DNA of 63,449 nt, the filler included, from Octopus bimaculoides (lineage: Eukaryota): assembly GCF_001194135.2 (NCBI RefSeq). It is 6 parts of 5 records of this genome, joined end to end, with 100 filler letters (N's around TTAATTAATTAA, not from the genome) between each part and the next. Parts side by side here need not be neighbours in the genome. Positions count along the whole stretch, not along the records: positions 60,234 to 63,449 come from NC_068982.1; 5 more parts are not named here. One strand, written 5' to 3'. The position numbers were made by a program, and so were the translations under genes. The notes beneath the pieces are model-generated. The model did no database searches. It had not been told where the DNA came from and worked only from the letters and a program-made list of their open reading frames with translations. Positions 62,106 to 63,449 of the stretch are shown in pieces; positions within the stretch are counted from its first letter, which is position 1, and each line of letters begins with the position of its first letter.

Positions 62106-62921
62106 ATAAATATATAGTGTATATATATATANNNNNNNNNNNNNNNNNNNNNNNNNNNNNNNNNNNNNNNNNNNNNNNNNNNNNNNNNNNNNNNNNNNNN
62201 NNNNNNNNNNNNNNNNNNNNNNNNNNNNNNNNNNNNNNNNNNNNNNNNNNNNNNNNNNNNNNNNNNNNNNNNNNNNNNNNNNNNNNNNNNNNNNNNNNNN
62301 NNNNNNNNNNNNNNNNNNNNNNNNNNNNNNNNNNNNNNNNNNNNNNNNNNNNNNNNNNNNNNNNNNNNNNNNNNNNNNNNNNNNNNNNNNNNNNNNNNNN
62401 NNNNNNNNNNNNNNNNNNNNNNNNNNNNNNNNNNNNNNNNNNNNNNNNNNNNNNNNNNNNNNNNNNNNNNNNNNNNNNNNNNNNNNNNNNNNNNNNNNNN
62501 NNNNNNNNNNNNNNNNNNNNNNNNNNNNNNNNNNNNNNNNNNNNNNNNNNNNNNNNNNNNNNNNNNNNNNNNNNNNNNNNNNNNNNNNNNNNNNNNNNNN
62601 NNNNNNNNNNNNNNNNNNNNNNNNNNNNNNNNNNNNNNNNNNNNNNNNNNNNNNNNNNNNNNNNNNNNNNNNNNNNNNNNNNNNNNNNNNNNNNNNNNNN
62701 NNNNNNNNNNNNNNNNNNNNNNNNNNNNNNNNNNNNNNNNNNNNNNNNNNNNNNNNNNNNNNNNNNNNNNNNNNNNNNNNNNNNNNNNNNNNNNNNNNNN
62801 NNNNNNNNNNNNNNNNNNNNNNNNNNNNNNNNNNNNNNNNNNNNNNNNNNNNNNNNNNNNNNNNNNNNNNNNNNNNNNNNNNNNNNNNNNNNNNNNNNNN
62901 NNNNNNNNNNNNNNNNNNNNN

Positions 62922-62955
<34 letters not shown>

Positions 62956-63384
62956 TCGCTAGTACACAAACGCGCACACACACATATACACTCATATTTA
63001 TATAGCAGTTATAAGAACGCATTAACGATAATGAAAATTTGCACTTTAAAGGTTTTGCAATTACGTAAGCATGTCGGTTGTTGCTACTAAATACAACTTC
63101 ATAAATGCATGAACACAAGTACATTTGAGACGGGGTGTAGAGAAGAGTGCAATAAGAGCTCATGTACACATGTACACACACACACACGCTTATCACGCGC
63201 GCGAATATATCAGTGTATGCGCATACTTTTAACCTTTTACTTGCGTCAGTCAAGCTATGCTGGGGCACCGCCTTGAAAGCATTTTTGTCGAACGAATACT
63301 ACACACACACACACACCCACACCCATGTGTGTAATATGCTTTATTAAAAAGCTGAGTTTCATGTTCCCGTTCGTCGGACAGTTT

Positions 63385-63425
63385 TGTCCGACGAATGGGA
63401 ACATGAAACTCTGAGTAACAGTTTT
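63385..63425 (+). ncRNA. Type I hammerhead ribozyme candidate with CCGACGA core, inside a head-to-head inverted duplication
   Basis: TTGT CCGACGA ATG-GGAA-CAT GAAA CTC-T-GAG TA ACAG. Helix II is 3 bp with a GGAA loop, helix III is the near-palindrome ACTC-T-GAGT, and the triplet is GUA. 63354-63380 is an inverted copy of 63385-63411. Confidence 0.55.
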
Positions 63426-63449
63426 TGTGATATATTTGCTTATATATAT

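Noticed and set aside
161-63347. Numerous ORF-track entries with CVCV, YIYI, LSLS, RERE, poly-L/I/T or poly-X content
   Set aside because: They are translations of microsatellites and N gaps, not genes.
1-63449. CRISPR arrays, operons, rRNA or genuine tRNA genes
   Set aside because: None were seen. The tRNA-like segments are SINE heads lacking a full cloverleaf, and the tandem repeats have no unique spacers.

Overview
Repeat-dense eukaryotic genomic DNA with many N gaps. The SINE, LINE and microsatellite make-up resembles an octopus/cephalopod genome (inference from remembered repeat families, not a database search). There is one convincing host exon, 740-1646 (+), with clean AG/GT borders. 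It encodes a Ser/Thr-rich mucin-like stalk, a transmembrane helix and a KR stop-transfer, so it belongs to a spliced single-pass membrane protein gene. The remaining ~61 kb looks intronic or intergenic. It is filled with decayed elements: a CsRn1-like Gypsy, two near-full-length R4/Dong LINEs plus fragments, RTE and Tx1 LINE ends, a Chapaev3-like DNA transposon with both TIRs, a mariner end, a fold-back DD41D (rosa-type) MITE, Penelope-like 3' ends, at least three tRNA-derived SINE families, and microsatellites. The most interesting signal is a set of minimal type I hammerhead-ribozyme folds with palindromic helix III, from about five repeat families. One sits at the 3' end of a tRNA-headed, SINE-like unit that is inserted as an inverted pair between 11-bp direct repeats (22359-22873). 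All ribozyme calls are by-eye folds and are untested. Coordinates of decayed elements are approximate, to within tens of bp.
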